From: Raillietiella orientalis
Lineage: Eukaryota
NCBI GenBank assembly: GCA_036172245.1
Contig: JAYWIR010000048.1
Location: forward strand, 1,178,001 to 1,242,000
Length of the DNA stretch: 64,000 nt
Direction of reading: 5' to 3'
The notes below the pieces were generated by a model. It did no database searches. It was given only the letters and a program-made list of their open reading frames with translations, and was not told the DNA's origin. The position numbers were made by a program, and so were the translations under genes. Below are positions 1-15,614 of the stretch, one piece after another. Within the stretch, counting starts at the first letter, position 1. The number at the start of each line of letters is the position of its first letter.

Positions 1-231
1 GGAGGGGCAGGGAGGGACCGCCCCAACGAGGAGGCAGAAGACGAAGGGGACGACGGACGCGCGCCCCCCCGCGAAGGCGGCGGTTCCAGAAACCCTTTCC
101 GGCCCCTCTCTCCCCCTACCTCGCGAAAAAAAAGGCGGCTTCCCGCCTCAGAGGGGGCGAGGAGCGGGGGTCTCCCTCGCCCCTTCCCTCCCCACGGGCC
201 CCACGAAGAAGATTCCCTGTTGCTCCTCTCT

Positions 232-237
232 TTTATT
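232..237 (-). terminator. Candidate polyadenylation signal (AATAAA) of the Runx gene
   Basis: TTTATT on the + strand, ~160 nt downstream of the Runx stop codon, in otherwise very GC-rich sequence. Confidence 0.5.
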
Positions 238-395
238 GTCGCTGCCGGGCGCGCGACCAGGTGCTCCGCGGGGGAGGGCGGAACGCACAGGGGGGTGGAG
301 GGAGGGACGCCTGGGCAGCAGAAGACTAGAAGAACGAGCGTCCCTCGTTCTGGCCTCCGGGGCCGTGGAGGAGGGGGGGAAGGGGCCAGGCCAAG

Positions 396-3049
<2,654 letters not shown>

Positions 3050-3143
3050 CTAGCCGTGGGAGCAGGGGCCCTGCCTCGGGGGGAGAAGGAAGCCATGTCT
3101 CGGCTCTTCCGCGGGCCGCAGGAGGGCGCGCGGAAGTGTTCGG

Positions 3144-3246
3144 TGTTCGGTGCTCTCCGGGCCCGGACAGACCCGGTTGCCTGGCGACGGGACCGACGCG
3201 CGCTCCACTCGGGGTCATCCCCAAGACACCTCGCCTCCAGTGGCCA
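3144..3246 (+). repeat. 103-bp direct repeat, copy 1 (upstream of Runx)
   Basis: TGTTCGGTGCTCTCCGG...CGCCTCCAGTGGCCA matches 4447-4549 with one mismatch. Confidence 0.93.
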
Positions 3247-4446
3247 GCCGCCCCTCCGCAGGTGCGGCTGGCCTCCGGGGGACGGACCGAGGGAAGGGAC
3301 TTCGCCGCTCGCGGGCCGACGGCGTGTGGGTTGCAGCCGGAGGCGGCGGGAGAGGAGTGACGAGGTGCCCTCCGTGCAGAGGCTCCAGCCAACGAGATCA
3401 CCCACAAGGGAAAAATAAAGGGAGAGCTCTTTCTCCCGTCCCCGTTCCTTCTGCTGCTGCCACCCCGCGCCGACTACACCCTGCAAGCGGAAAGACGGGT
3501 TCCGGCAGATGCGCCCCTCCTTCCTTTCCCCACCGGGAGATCTTCAAGAACGCCGCCGCTGCCGTCTCCCTGACGGCAGACGCGCCGCACTCGGCGGTGC
3601 TCCTGCCCCGCGGAGGGCGCGGTGGCTACCGCGAGAGGGCGCGCGGGCCCGGCTGCGGCTCCCCAGCGCCTTCGGGAAGAGGCGGGGGGAGATCGAATCG
3701 AATATGGGGTAGCCGATCGAGGGGCGGACGGCCGGAACCCGCGAAACTGCGCCTTGGGAGGCAGGGGAGAGGAAAAGGGAGCCAGGGATACCCCGCTGCA
3801 CCGGCTGGGGGGAAGCCGTTGCTAGGAAGAGGGATTGAACGGAATCCCCCTGGGAAAAGCCAGGGACGGGAAGCAGAAAGGGACGGGAGACCACGCGAGC
3901 CAGCTCTCGCCTTCAGCCGGAGCACCGGGAGCGTTCCCCCCTTGACCCCCTCCTCTCTACCTCTCCGTTCAACCACCGCTGCGGCTGCGAGAGCGTGCCG
4001 GAAGATTGGCCGCGTCTCCAGGGATCCACCCGACTCAGGCTGCTTCCTGAAGAAGGGCGAGCGATCTGTGGGGAGACCAGTGCCTTGGCTTCCGCGCCCG
4101 ATGAGGTGGTGTCGAAGCACTGACGCTACCCCCTTCGGGTTCCCAGAGAAGTTGCACGTTGCAGATGCAGACGCCTCTTCCTCTTTTCTTCTTCCTCCTC
4201 CTTTTCCTCTCTCCCTTCCTCTTCCTCCTTTGTCACCGGAAATCGTCCCACTGCAAAGGGACCCCTCCGTCCTGCGGAGGCGGCGGACGAGTCTCCCCTT
4301 GGGGCGACCAGAAAGACGCGGCCGGGTAGCTGCCATGCCCGTTGCCCTGGCGGGAAGAGCAGCATGTGGCGCTCCCTCAGCCCTTTCACCGGCAGCATAG
4401 GAGGGAATACGCCAGGATGCCCGACCAGGGGACGATCGCTCCGTCT

Positions 4447-4549
4447 TGTTCGGTGCTCTCCGGACCCGGACAGACCCGGTTGCCTGGCGACGGGACCGAC
4501 GCGCGCTCCACTCGGGGTCATCCCCAAGACACCTCGCCTCCAGTGGCCA
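4447..4549 (+). repeat. 103-bp direct repeat, copy 2 (upstream of Runx)
   Basis: Matches 3144-3246 with one mismatch. Confidence 0.93.
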
Positions 4550-7137
4550 CGGAAACCTTCGGAGGCGAGGGGCTCTCGCATCGCAGGGCGCGCGGGACGG
4601 AGGTGCCTCGTCCGGCAGCGTCCCAGAAGATTCCCCGGGAGGAGGGAAAGATGCGGCGCAACCGGGCTTCAAAGATGAGAGGTCGCGCAGAGGAGCCGGC
4701 CCCACCTGGGAAAAAGTCATTCGCTCACTCCGGTCGAAAATTCCCGGCGTTCCTCTTGCCCTAGGGCTCCGCGGAACGAGGGACGTCCTTCCAGCCGCAT
4801 CCCTCGCTTCCCAGGTGTCGGTGGCAGCAGCAGCCATCCTCCTGCACGCACGCGCGCGGTGTGAGGCACGCGTCGCTCTTCCTCCGCGCGCACAAAGACA
4901 GCGGGACGACCGGTCGCGGGCGGGACGCTCGGCGGCGAAAGAGATGACGTGGTCGCCGAGCGTGCCGGCGATCCCTCCCTCAAGGCGTCCCTCCTTCCCG
5001 TTTTCCTCCTCCTCATGCGGATCGCCGAGTTCCCGGGAGGGAGGAACGCGGCGGGGAAAGCTACGAGAGATGCGCGTCGTCCGACGGGTCGAGAGCGGCC
5101 TCCAAGGCGACGGACGCCGAGCGGCCGGATGGTAGTGCACTGGGTGACACCTTTTCGTCCGGAGCGTCGTCACCAGCCGGGAGCGGGAGACGCTCCCAGG
5201 TCCGCGGGGGCGTCGCGACGCTCGCAGCTGCTAGCTGCCGGGGTTCCAGGGATGCGTGCGTGTTCCCGCCGCCGCCCTCTGCGCGGCGCCGAATCGAAAG
5301 TTGTTTTCCCCCCATTGGTGGCGGGGAACCGCGCGTGTGTTTTTTGCTGTTGCCGCGCGTCCCCCTCCCCTCCTACTCGCCCCTGGTATTTACCGGGCTC
5401 GCGGTGCGCCTCGACAACTGCGGGGGTTCGTTGACACGGTTAGCCACCGACGTGAGCGATCCACTTTCCGCCGGCCTACCTCCTCCGTCCCCCTCCGCCT
5501 CAGGTAGGTGGAAGGGAAAACTCCCCCCCCCCTCCTCTTCCGTTGCCGTCTCCCTGCAGCCGGACCTAGAGAGAGAGACAGATCTGCAGCCACCTCTGCG
5601 AGAGAGCGCGGAGAAGAGCCGACGGGAGAGAGGCGAGGTGTCCGCTCGGCTGCCGGGCCGCCGCCAGCTGAGTTGGGACGAAAACTCGGGTGCGTGCGAC
5701 GTTGCTCCGGCCAGTCACGAGAGCAGACCTCGGCCCGAATGAAGAAGGAAACAGGCGACTGTGCGGGAAGGAGGAGGGGAGAGGAGCAGAAAGAGAGAGA
5801 AGTGGATGGAAGTGACGGGGATCCCGTCGGAAGGCGCACGACTAAGTGGTGCAGCAGTGGCTGACTCACGCGCTCCGGAGGGCTCGTCTCGGAAGCCCCT
5901 GGAGCAGCGGCTGCTCTCTTGTCACTCGGCGGAGCAGCGCTGTCCGAAGAACGAAGGAGCTTCCAGCATGCGCCCCCCGGGATGAACAGCAACAGCGCCA
6001 GCCCCCCGCCCCGAGACTCCGAGTCAATCTCGAAGAGCAACAGGATGCAGCATCCGGCTTCGGCGAGACGGGCTTCCTCGCAAGCGCGCACCTGTTGTTC
6101 CCTCTTCGGGTGGTGGCGCGACGAAAAACGGAGGGATATCTTCGTACGCCAGGAACAGCTGGATAGGTGGTCATCGGATGCAGGGGCGCGTCTCGGCGGG
6201 CTCGGGCTGACCGGTGGCGCCGCAAAAAGGAACGGTTCGTCGGTTCTTCCCGCCTCGCACATCGCGTTGTGCAAGCCTTGCAGAGTGACGTCTTCCTCAA
6301 AACACCCCCACCTCTGCTGTCATGCTTCCGCTGCGACGCAGCCGCGGCTCGAGTTCTCCGGATCGGACGAAACGCGCAGTCTTTTACTGCGCATTTTTGC
6401 AACAATAATAATGGTAGCAACAGAGCACAAGCTTTCTCTTAAATCACTTTCTCCGGCCATTTTGGCTTTTTGTTTTGTTTTGTATCCTCCCTCCCTCCCT
6501 TCTCCCCCTCCTCTCTCTCTCTTTTTTTTTTCGTTGTGCTCTCCAAGGAGCATTCATGCACCCCTTTTGATTTCTCAAATAGAAGGGGAAATCCTCATGG
6601 TTTCCACTGCCACGATTTAGCCAGGATTGTGGAAAGAGTTTCGCGAGCGCAAAAAAGAGATTCCACGACCGAAGAAAGAGAAAGAAGGGATTTTAAATCA
6701 GCGAGATTGATGCTAAGCAGACAGAAATGATAACAAACGATACAATTTGGGCAGAATGGATCTCTTATTGAAAGCGCAACCGTCGAGGAAACAGGGAAAA
6801 AATCCATACTCCTCGTTGGGAGACCAAACCGATCATCGCTCACACTTGGCTGGAAAAAAAAAAAAAGGATGGGAGGGGGGGGGGGTGCGTGATCCTGCCA
6901 TGATTTCTGTGGACGCTACATCATGCGAGTAGGAATCGAGGACCGGATTCTCTCCCCGGCTGCCTTTGTTGAGCTGGAGCACGTTGCACGTGCCTCTTCC
7001 GGTGACAGCTCAGCACGGAAAGGCTGAACTCTCCCACTTTTTTCTCCTTCCCCTAGACTGCAGCATCACATCTTCCGCCGCCCAGTGGGACGGGTAGCCG
7101 AAGACACCCAAAAAACGGCTCCACTGCTGCCGACGCA

Positions 7138-7270
7138 GCTGACAATCAAACAGCTAACAATAGCTCGGCTAACAATCGAACAACAAGCAACAATAGCTCG
7201 GCTAACAATCGAACAACAAGCAACAATTCGGCTAACAGTCGAACAACTAACAGCTCGGATAACAATCGTC
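7138..7270 (+). repeat. Degenerate ~33-bp minisatellite (AACAATAGCTCGGCTAACAATCGAACAACAAGC-like)
   Basis: About 3-4 imperfect tandem units whose length differences are multiples of 3. Confidence 0.85.
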
Positions 7271-10200
7271 CAGCATTCGAATGAGATCAAAGGACGCGGG
7301 AGTTAGGTTGCCATTGTTGCGGCGAGCGCGAAATTTCTCGCGGGGGAGGAGTACTCGTGTCTCCAGCAGCTAGGATTGCGGGCAGTTACGTACATGGCAG
7401 ACTTCATTCGGATTCCCACGGAATTGGAGGCGCAGATTTTAACGGAAGCGATCCGTCGCCACCGAAAGTGAACGGGAAAAGGAGAGGGGGGGGGAGAGAG
7501 AGAGAGAGAGACGAGTTTTCGGGATTCCTTCTTCTTGAGCTGGTCTCTTTTCAGGAAAACAAAAACGGGGTGCGCGAATGCGAAACCGCCAGGAGATACA
7601 AGATACACGTGAACGTATAAACAACGGAAGCGAACAACGGCACCATGACACGGGCAGGCATTGTTTATGTTACCAGACGGTTTTGCCCGATGTTCAGAAA
7701 GTTGCAGTTAAAACAGACTCTCATGGAACTCAATGCATCTGATGTCACGTTATAACCTTTTTCTTTGTAAATAACAAATAAAGAAATTTTTTAAAAATAG
7801 TAGCATTTGAAAAGAGAAAAAGCAGGAAGCAAAAGCAAAAACGAAAGCGTGCTCAAAAAGCAGCCTGGGAGTCCCTGTGTCCCTATAGTTTTAGCTTCCC
7901 ATGCATCATTATGCCCTACTGCATTGTATTTGCAGAGTGAGCAGTTATTTAGAATAAGAGTGCTTGCATTTACGTGTACGTTCAACGTTTTTTTTTTATT
8001 TTTTGTAAAGTGTTTACTATTGTTAATAGGCAGGTGCTTCATTTGTTGAGGGTTTCATTGAAGGGCTTGTGGTGGTCGAGATGAGGTTGAGCATGGTGTT
8101 TTTGTCTCGCTCGTCCCGTTCGGGGATGGTATCGCCACCGCCACCTCCCCTATTGATTGCGCTGCGCATTCATTAGTGGGATCACGTTCCCGGGACAACG
8201 GCCTCTACGAGCGACGTTCTGCGAGGGAAGCGAAACACAGGGCGCGTAGACGGTGGATGCATCACCGGAATCCTCTGGGTCCCCGACCCACGCCGCATGG
8301 GTACGAGCGCACGAAGTCGGCTGATCTCTCTCGGAGGGAGGATGTGTTCCTCCCGACTTCTTCCCGCTGGGAGACATTGGGCTCGGAAGGGGGAGGGGGG
8401 GGAGGAAGACCGTTGTTCTGGCGCTGGCGTTTCGGTTGATTGGCGCGTCAGGCACAAAAGGGGAGCCAGGACAAGAGGAAGGGGCACCCTCGCTGTTTAA
8501 CCCGTTCGGCCATGCCCTGTGACTAGCGGCGTGGCGATTATCGCGCCTCGGCGTGTACCGGAGGAGCTTTTTCCGCCCTTCCCACTTCTTCCCCTCCGCC
8601 TTTTCCCGTTTTTCACCGCAGCTGCCGAGGATTTTTTTCCGGAGTGAACCAGATGCGAGAGCGGCTCTCCCAAGTGCACGGGGTAAATCGAAGCGGCACA
8701 ACGCACAGGGAGGCAGGGATTCGTGCGGGGTGCAGGTCGGCCGTTCCCGCTCTTTGTCTCTGGAGCGTCGTGGGAGACGCGGGGGGAACGGGCGAGGGCT
8801 GGCTGGCAGGCGTCCAGGACGCACGGACGGGAGAGGGGAGGGAGAGAAAAGAACGAACGAGGGGCGAGTATGCAGAGGCCCGGGTCACCCGTCTTCGTGG
8901 AGGGAAGGGGCAAGGGGGGGGGGGGAAACGTTTTTTTTTTTCGCCCTCCTCTCTTTGCGGGCGCGCCTGCGGATGCCGCCGGTGCCTCGCGCGCGGCGCG
9001 GCTGCTGCACCGCCGTAGGAACGCGGGGCGGGAGGTAGCGCTTCCTGTCCTCTCCCCTCCCCCTCCCCCCTTCTCTTTTCGTCATGTGCGCCTGCCGCCG
9101 TCGTATCGTCCCTCCCGGAAGCACGCGCCGTAAACATGGCTTCGCGCCACCTGACGGCATCCTCCTCAACACACCCGCTGGAGCCATCTGGCAGTCTCCG
9201 CGGCGGCAGAGAGGCAACATCGCGGAGGAGGTGGCGCGGCGGCGATTTCGCGGTTCCCATCCTCAAAGGGGACGCGCGCACTCTTGTGATCGACCGCGGA
9301 GCAGCGAGCGCCCGCTGCCAAGGAAACCGACGACGCATAGGAGGGGAAGAGAGAGAGGCATAAAGGAAGCTGCTGCTCGCCCAGTGGGCGGGAGGGAGGG
9401 AAGGACCGGGGATCGCGCAACGAATAGGTGCCTCCTCCATCGTCCTCCCAGGGATACGACGGCCGGGTAGTGCGGAGGCGCCAAGTGCGCCCTGGGGGCG
9501 GCGAAAGTCGGGGAAAAGCAGATGTCCCCCCCCCCCCTCGCCCCTCTTTTCTCCTCGGATCCCGCCGGGGAATCCGGAAGCGCGCGCCTTTAAACATCAT
9601 CTCCAGGACACCGCTGCCGGGCGCGCGGATCGAACACGCGGGAAGCGGAAACTTGAAGTGATTATTATTGCGTCACCACGCGCGGGCGCTGACTTCCTTC
9701 CGCCGCTCGGCGGCAGCGGTGGGGGCGGCTAATAATAGCGCGTGACGCGCGAGTCGACGTCGCGGCCCCGCTCCTCTAGGGACGTCCGGCCGTGGGGCCA
9801 GCCTACTGCGGCGGGCAGCCCTGCCACGCCAAGTCGCATCCGAGCTTCCGTCGACGTGCGTGCAGGATCGGGGAGAGGAAGACCCCCACTTCGCCGACGA
9901 AGCGTTCCTCCCCTCCCCCGAACCATCCCGTGTCCGCCGCAGCGCAGCCGCCCTCCGATGCCCCCGCTGCCCGTTCATGACGACCGGAGGCCCCCAGACA
10001 TCGAGAGCAACCTCCCGCCGGGACCTTCCCCCGTCTGGGCGGCGCGGCCAGTGGGCGCCTTTTGTCGTTGTTGTTGTTGTTGTGCTGCGTGCGCGTCTGT
10101 GTGTACGCGCGCTTTTGTACCGAAAAAAAGACGACAACAAAAAGTCCCTTTCCGTTCGCGAAAGAAAGAAAAGGGGCAAAGCATTCGCTCTAGCGGCCAG

Positions 10201-12753
10201 AGGACGAACCACTGCCCGTACTGTTTGCACACAGAGGGAAAGGAAATTGTTCGCCGGATGCTTCGTTTTGCCAGCGCCGGCATTCATTTCGCCGCCCACT
10301 TATCAACGAGCTGTCGCCGAACGTCCTCAGGGAATACATAAAAACTCCCGATCGCGATACTCCAGTGTTTATTGTTGGGATAAAGAGGGCAGAGGAAACA
10401 AACCCAGCTTTATGGGATACCATTCTCCCTCCTCTCGCCGACCTTTTGTTGAAGCTGAATCGGTTTCCTCGGGCTGAAGAATGCCTTTGTGGAGGGACGG
10501 TAAGCAGATACGCCTGGGCCGGAGTGACCGACCCCAACAAAATGACTTCATGGAAGCTGGCTCCCGACCCCAGCCCCCCCTCTCGCTTTCTGATCCAGGA
10601 TCGCAGCGCTAATTCGGGTGCCCGTCCCCACTTGGGCAGAGGACCCTTTGTGTCACGTAGGGTGCGGGGAAAGACTTCGCTCCCGCTGCGGCAGGCTGTC
10701 ACCCGCGAACGTGGGCGACCGTGCTGACAGGCTTCTTCCCTTTCCCTCCCTCCCCTCCCCCCTGGTGGTCTCGGATTTTGGGACGCCTCTCTTCCCCCGG
10801 CCCTCACCTCAGGGAAGAGGGGAGTGGTAACACAACTTGGTTCCAAGTGACAACACACCTCGGTCACGCCCTGGAGGCGACCGCGGCCTTCGGGAAGCAG
10901 TCCGCTCCACGCTGTCTGCCGACATCCCTCTCAGGGTGCGTACGCGCAGCCTCTCCGCGTTCCGCCCCCCATTCCTGCTTTTTCCACCCGACGGGGTGAA
11001 GAGACTTCTGCGTCACGCCATCCCGGGAGTGGCGTCCGCTCCGGAGCGAATAGCGTCGTTCCCGAAAGTCGCGTCGTCTTTCCGGGATTCGCGAGAAAGC
11101 TTCCGGCCGCCCTCGAGCATCACGTTCGTTGGATCCCTCGCTGAGGGAACGCGAAGCATCCGGGTGTTCGTGGGAACCGCTTCCGGAAAGCCTCCTCCTA
11201 TCCCTCACTTCCGCTCATGAGAAGGCAGCTGCGCCAGGATTTGTGCAGGCGACGAGCGAAGGTGGGTAGCGGTCTGCATCGAGAAGACTCCGGGCCGAGG
11301 GAAGGACCCACCTCTCGTGCGTCCTGGCTCCGAAGGGTATGGAAAGAAAGTCCTCAGGCTCCCCTGGAGCTGCAGCTCTTTTCCCACCACCGCCGCTTAT
11401 CGACCTAGGGTCCATTCGATGCCCGGTTCTCCCCCCGAGCGTGCTAGAGAGGCACTCGAAACTGCTTCCCTCCATCGTGGTACAACGGGAAGTGGACAGC
11501 GGTGGAGGTTCCATTCTTTTATCCTCTGTGCTCCAGCCTCGGTCCATTGGGATGCCTCTTGAACGGCATGGCGCTCTTGGTCACCGCAGGCGTCTCCTCC
11601 TCGCCGAAAGCATCAGTTCGCTTCCTCCTTCCCCGAGGTCTTTTCCCTATTTTTCCCCTTCTCCTTCCTCCTCCCTTTTTTCTCCCTTCCATCTCCTCCT
11701 TTCTCCTTCCTTCCTCTTCCTCCTCTACCGTTTCGATCTCGAGAGAAGTTGCGAGAGGGATGGACAGGGGAGAAGGTCGGGCGGGTTGCCTGACGAAAGA
11801 CGAGAGCGCCGCCTCCGGCCAAGTCGTGGCACCACGTGCCTGTGTGCCCCTGCACGAAGGCTCAGGAACCTCCAGGCTGCCGCGGTTGACCTCGCTTGGG
11901 GCGAAGCTCAGCGAGGGAAGGGGCTCTCCCGTCCCGCTTTGCCCTCCCTACCGTCTACCCACCCTCCGGGAGAGGAGGGACGCGTATACGGTTTCCCCGG
12001 AGCGACCCCAGCCTCCGCCACGGAAATCCAGCACGGAGCGGGAAGGAAGGGGGAAGGGGGCAAAGCGAGGCCCCTTCCTGTCCCCGAAGGAGCCGCGGCG
12101 CTGCAGCGCGGGCAGCGAGCGCTCGCGCCCAAAAGGTCGGGAGCAGGGCATCTACTGGCGCCTCAAGGGGCCGATGAGACCACGCGCCTCCTGTCCGTGA
12201 CGGAGTGTTGCTTCTGGAGATCTTGAATGCTCCGAGCAAGATAGGAGGCTACCTCACCGTCCTAGAGGGAGAGAGAGAGGTTCCTGTCCGTACCGGAGCC
12301 TGCAAAGGGGGAGCAGCAGCCAACGGCCCTAAAGATCCGGGTGCGCTCGGACCGAGCGCAGCGGCAGGCAGGACCCTCTTGCCTCCGTCCTGAGCGACGG
12401 ACCACGGGTCCTGGGGCCGTGGCTGACGCGTTGTCGACTGAGGCAGCACCCCTTCCCCGGGGTGAGTGACGGCGAGTCTTCTCCGTCACAGCTCGGGATT
12501 TACGAGCGTCCGTCGGGGAGGAAGTCGGGAGGATGCCTCTAGCCCGCGTACCCAATCCTCCTTCCCCCCTAATCTACGATTCTTTCACTTTGCTCCTTAT
12601 CTTCCGAGAATCCTAATCTCCTGGGGTTGCTATCGAGATGCGCTGCATCCGCCGATGTTTTTCGGCTGTCACGAGACGACGGGCAGGGGGCGCTGCGGTG
12701 CCCTCTGCAACTCGGAAAGAGGGGGGGGACCCCGACTGCGGGCGATGCGCCCG

Positions 12754-12788
12754 GTAAAGGGGACGCGACCTGGTCGGGTCCCCTTTAC
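12754..12788. repeat. Near-perfect 35-bp palindrome
   Basis: GTAAAGGGGAC-G-CGACC-T-GGTCG-G-GTCCCCTTTAC: 16 of 17 arm positions are complementary. Confidence 0.9.
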
Positions 12789-15074
12789 TTGCCTGGGCCT
12801 GGGGAAGGATGGAGACTCCGCTTTCGGCAGCCAAAGAGGCGGACGCAGCCGAGACCTCTCTCCAGCTTCCTTCCCATCCGAGGCAGCCGCTCTTGGCAGC
12901 GTAGGCGCAGGGTTGGCCGGGGCAGGAAACTGCCAAAGGCACGCTTCCAAAAAAAAAAAAAAGTGGCGGGACAGACCGGTCAAGTGGTGAAAAGACGAGC
13001 CCCACGCATCCTTGGCGCCGAACTCCGGAACCTCGTCACGCACCGCCAGACGTCACCCTCCGCGCCCTCCCCATCCGGGAATTCGCTCGATCCGGCGAGA
13101 TCTTGGCAGGCGCGCTCTGGGAGGATCGCGCGTGGGCGCCTTCGGACGCGGCCCATCGCCCTCAGCAGGCGCGCAGACGGTGCGGCGGCTCTGCAGCCAT
13201 CGGGACAGAGACGGCCGTGCTCGCACTTGGAGATGGACCCTCCCGCCCACCCACTCCCGGATGACTTCGCTCTCTGCGCGGGAGGACTGGACTCCTCCGC
13301 TGCGAGAGCCGAAAGTTGCCGGGAGTTGCTGCTGTCCCTCCTCCCTCGGAAGCTGTCGGATTCCTCCAGGACTCCCCGTCGGTTAAAGGGCGCGGGAATC
13401 GCGCGTCGGGGACGAGAGGGTTCCATCCTTATACCCGAAAATCGGGCAGGGGGAGGGGAGGACAAGGAGAGGGCGCCGTAGTCGCGATGCGATACGTGGC
13501 CGTCCGTCCGTTCCTGACAGCGGCTCCTGGACGCGATCCCCCTGCCGCATCCCAATGGTCCGCGAAAGCAGCGCCCCATGCGCTCTTCAGTGCACTCCGG
13601 GACGCGCCGAACCGTTCCCGAGATCCGGCGGGTCCGTCCCTCCGGCTTCCCCTTCCCGAGGTCGAGGGATCGGGAGGGGGGAGGAGGGGAGGGAAGGGGA
13701 AGCTCCCTCGTCCCCTTCGTCCTCGAGAACGTGTCGCGCTCTCCTCGAGAGACAAGCCGTCCCGCTGACCACGTTCGGCAAACACCAGCAGGGCGCGCCG
13801 ACAGAATGTTGAGATGGCGGAGGAAGGCGCGCGATCGTGCGGGCAGTGCGACGGCGGACGTGGAAGAAAGGGGTGCGGCGCGGTCACCCGCCGCCGCCGC
13901 CGCGCGAAAGAGGGCGCGTGACGCCGTCTTCCCGGGCCAGTGCCTGGAAGGCCCTTCCGAGTCAAGTGATTCCTCGCGGGCTCGGAAGCGGCTAGGAACG
14001 CGTTTCGACCAACCCTACTCCCCCTCACGGTCGACGCTCGACGGTTTTTTCCCGTCCCGGAGAGAGCTTCCGGGCAGCTGAGTGCTACCCGGAAACAACT
14101 GGGGGTAAGTGTCGGTTTGATCCCACAGCTCTTCCTCGGACGGAGCTCTGATGGCTCGCGAGGAATAATTCATGGAGGTCTCCGCACGATGCGGAGAAGG
14201 GAGGGCTCGGGAAAGGCGTCATCGCTCATTCCGCGGAGCGAAGATGTCTCCAGACGCTCCCGCAGGAAGGTCTCCTTCCTCCTTTCCAGGGTTTTTTTTT
14301 TTTTTTTTTTCTTCTCACCGCGCGACGGGACACCTGCCGCAGAGCTTCCGACATCCCGGAGGAACAGGGGGAGTTGCTTTCCTGAGCTTCCCTGCTTCCG
14401 GCGCGCGTGCTAGTGCGAGCACAGGGGACCTTCCCGCTCCCGGAGGCGGACGGCGGGCATCCACACCTCTTCGAAGGTCGCCCGGGACGACGCTTTCGTT
14501 TCCGAGTTTCTTCACGAAGCTTCTTCGGTCTGCCGATGACGGCGCTCTCGGTCGCGTCGGAACCGCCGCCGTGGAACTCGCCGACTCCCGAAGCCGGCCG
14601 AGATTCGCAGCATCTCAGTGTCACCCCACTTCGCCTCCCCCCAATCCCTCGCACGCGAACTTGGGAACGTCCGGTTATCGTTGGTCGTCTGCCGAAGGCG
14701 TGGGCGTAGAGATTCTTCCTCTGTGCCTCCCTCGCGACCGCGGTTCGTCGCTGGCGGAGCAGGGATCCTCTCGCCCGGCGCCAACGTCCGCGTCGCGTGC
14801 CTCGCGAGGTCACGCAGCGGTCACCTCCATGGGGAACCGACAAAGGTTCTTCCGCGAAGAAAACCCGGAACTACCTGTCGCTTTCCTTCGTATTTTCGCA
14901 CCTTTCCAGGCCGGCGTCCCGTTTGCCGGGACCTCCGCCCTCGGGCGGAGATCTACTGCGCTGCAGTGCATTCGATGACCAACCCCCCCTCATCCTCTAG
15001 CCCCATAACGGGAGGCGGACGACGCGACCCTGCCCTCTCGTGACGCAAGGGACGTCGAACAATACCGAGCCACT

Positions 15075-15614
15075 CTCTCGACTATCAGCCTCTGAAGTGC
15101 CTTTAGCACCAGCGCACGGCGGCACCGAGCGACGCGGGTTCGAATCCCGTCCGGAGAAGAAGGGTCGACCCCGGGAAATGGGGGTGCGTCGTGCGTTCGA
15201 GTTTCCCCTGCGAGATGACGCTGGTTGTCTTTCGGGTGCGGCACACAGGTGGAAGAGCCGGATGCCACCGTGAATCCAGGAGACGGTTCCCCCTGGGGGG
15301 AGGGGGGGTTCCTCCAGTCGTGAGAAGGGAACCGTTTGCGTGCTCCGGGGTTCGGGTCTCGCGCTCTGCTCCCTTCGGGAGCGACCCTTCAGAGAAATTG
15401 AGAGGCATCCCCTCGAGGTTCTCTTCAGAGGAGAGAGGAACAGGGAGCGGTTCCTTTCCGGGGGTCCCTCCGGAGAAGAAATGAGGAAGAGGTGGTTCCC
15501 TTCGGGGTTTCCCTCCCAAGCGTGAGAGGAACGGACTCTTTCCTCCGGAGCCCTTCCCTGATTCAAAGGGTGGTCCCACCCACCCACCCACGAAATATTC
15601 TCTAGCTTGAAGAG
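15075..15614 (+). mobile_element. Putative tRNA-derived SINE, copy 1
   Basis: B-box GGTTCGAATCC (15137-15147) lies in a T-arm-like stem GCGGG/CCCGT. The body is collinear with the reverse complement of 35398-36140 and 50960-51231. The 3' end is CTAGCTTGAAGA. The 5' boundary is approximate. Confidence 0.7.

Noticed and set aside
15075..15158. Functional tRNA gene
   Set aside because: Only the T-arm/B-box is good; the D-arm and acceptor stem are degenerate, and the sequence continues into a repeat body shared with other copies, so it is a SINE head.
15270..15565. Stand-alone MITE with GTGAATCCAGGA terminal inverted repeats
   Set aside because: Homology between copies extends beyond both motifs, so they are internal to the larger element.
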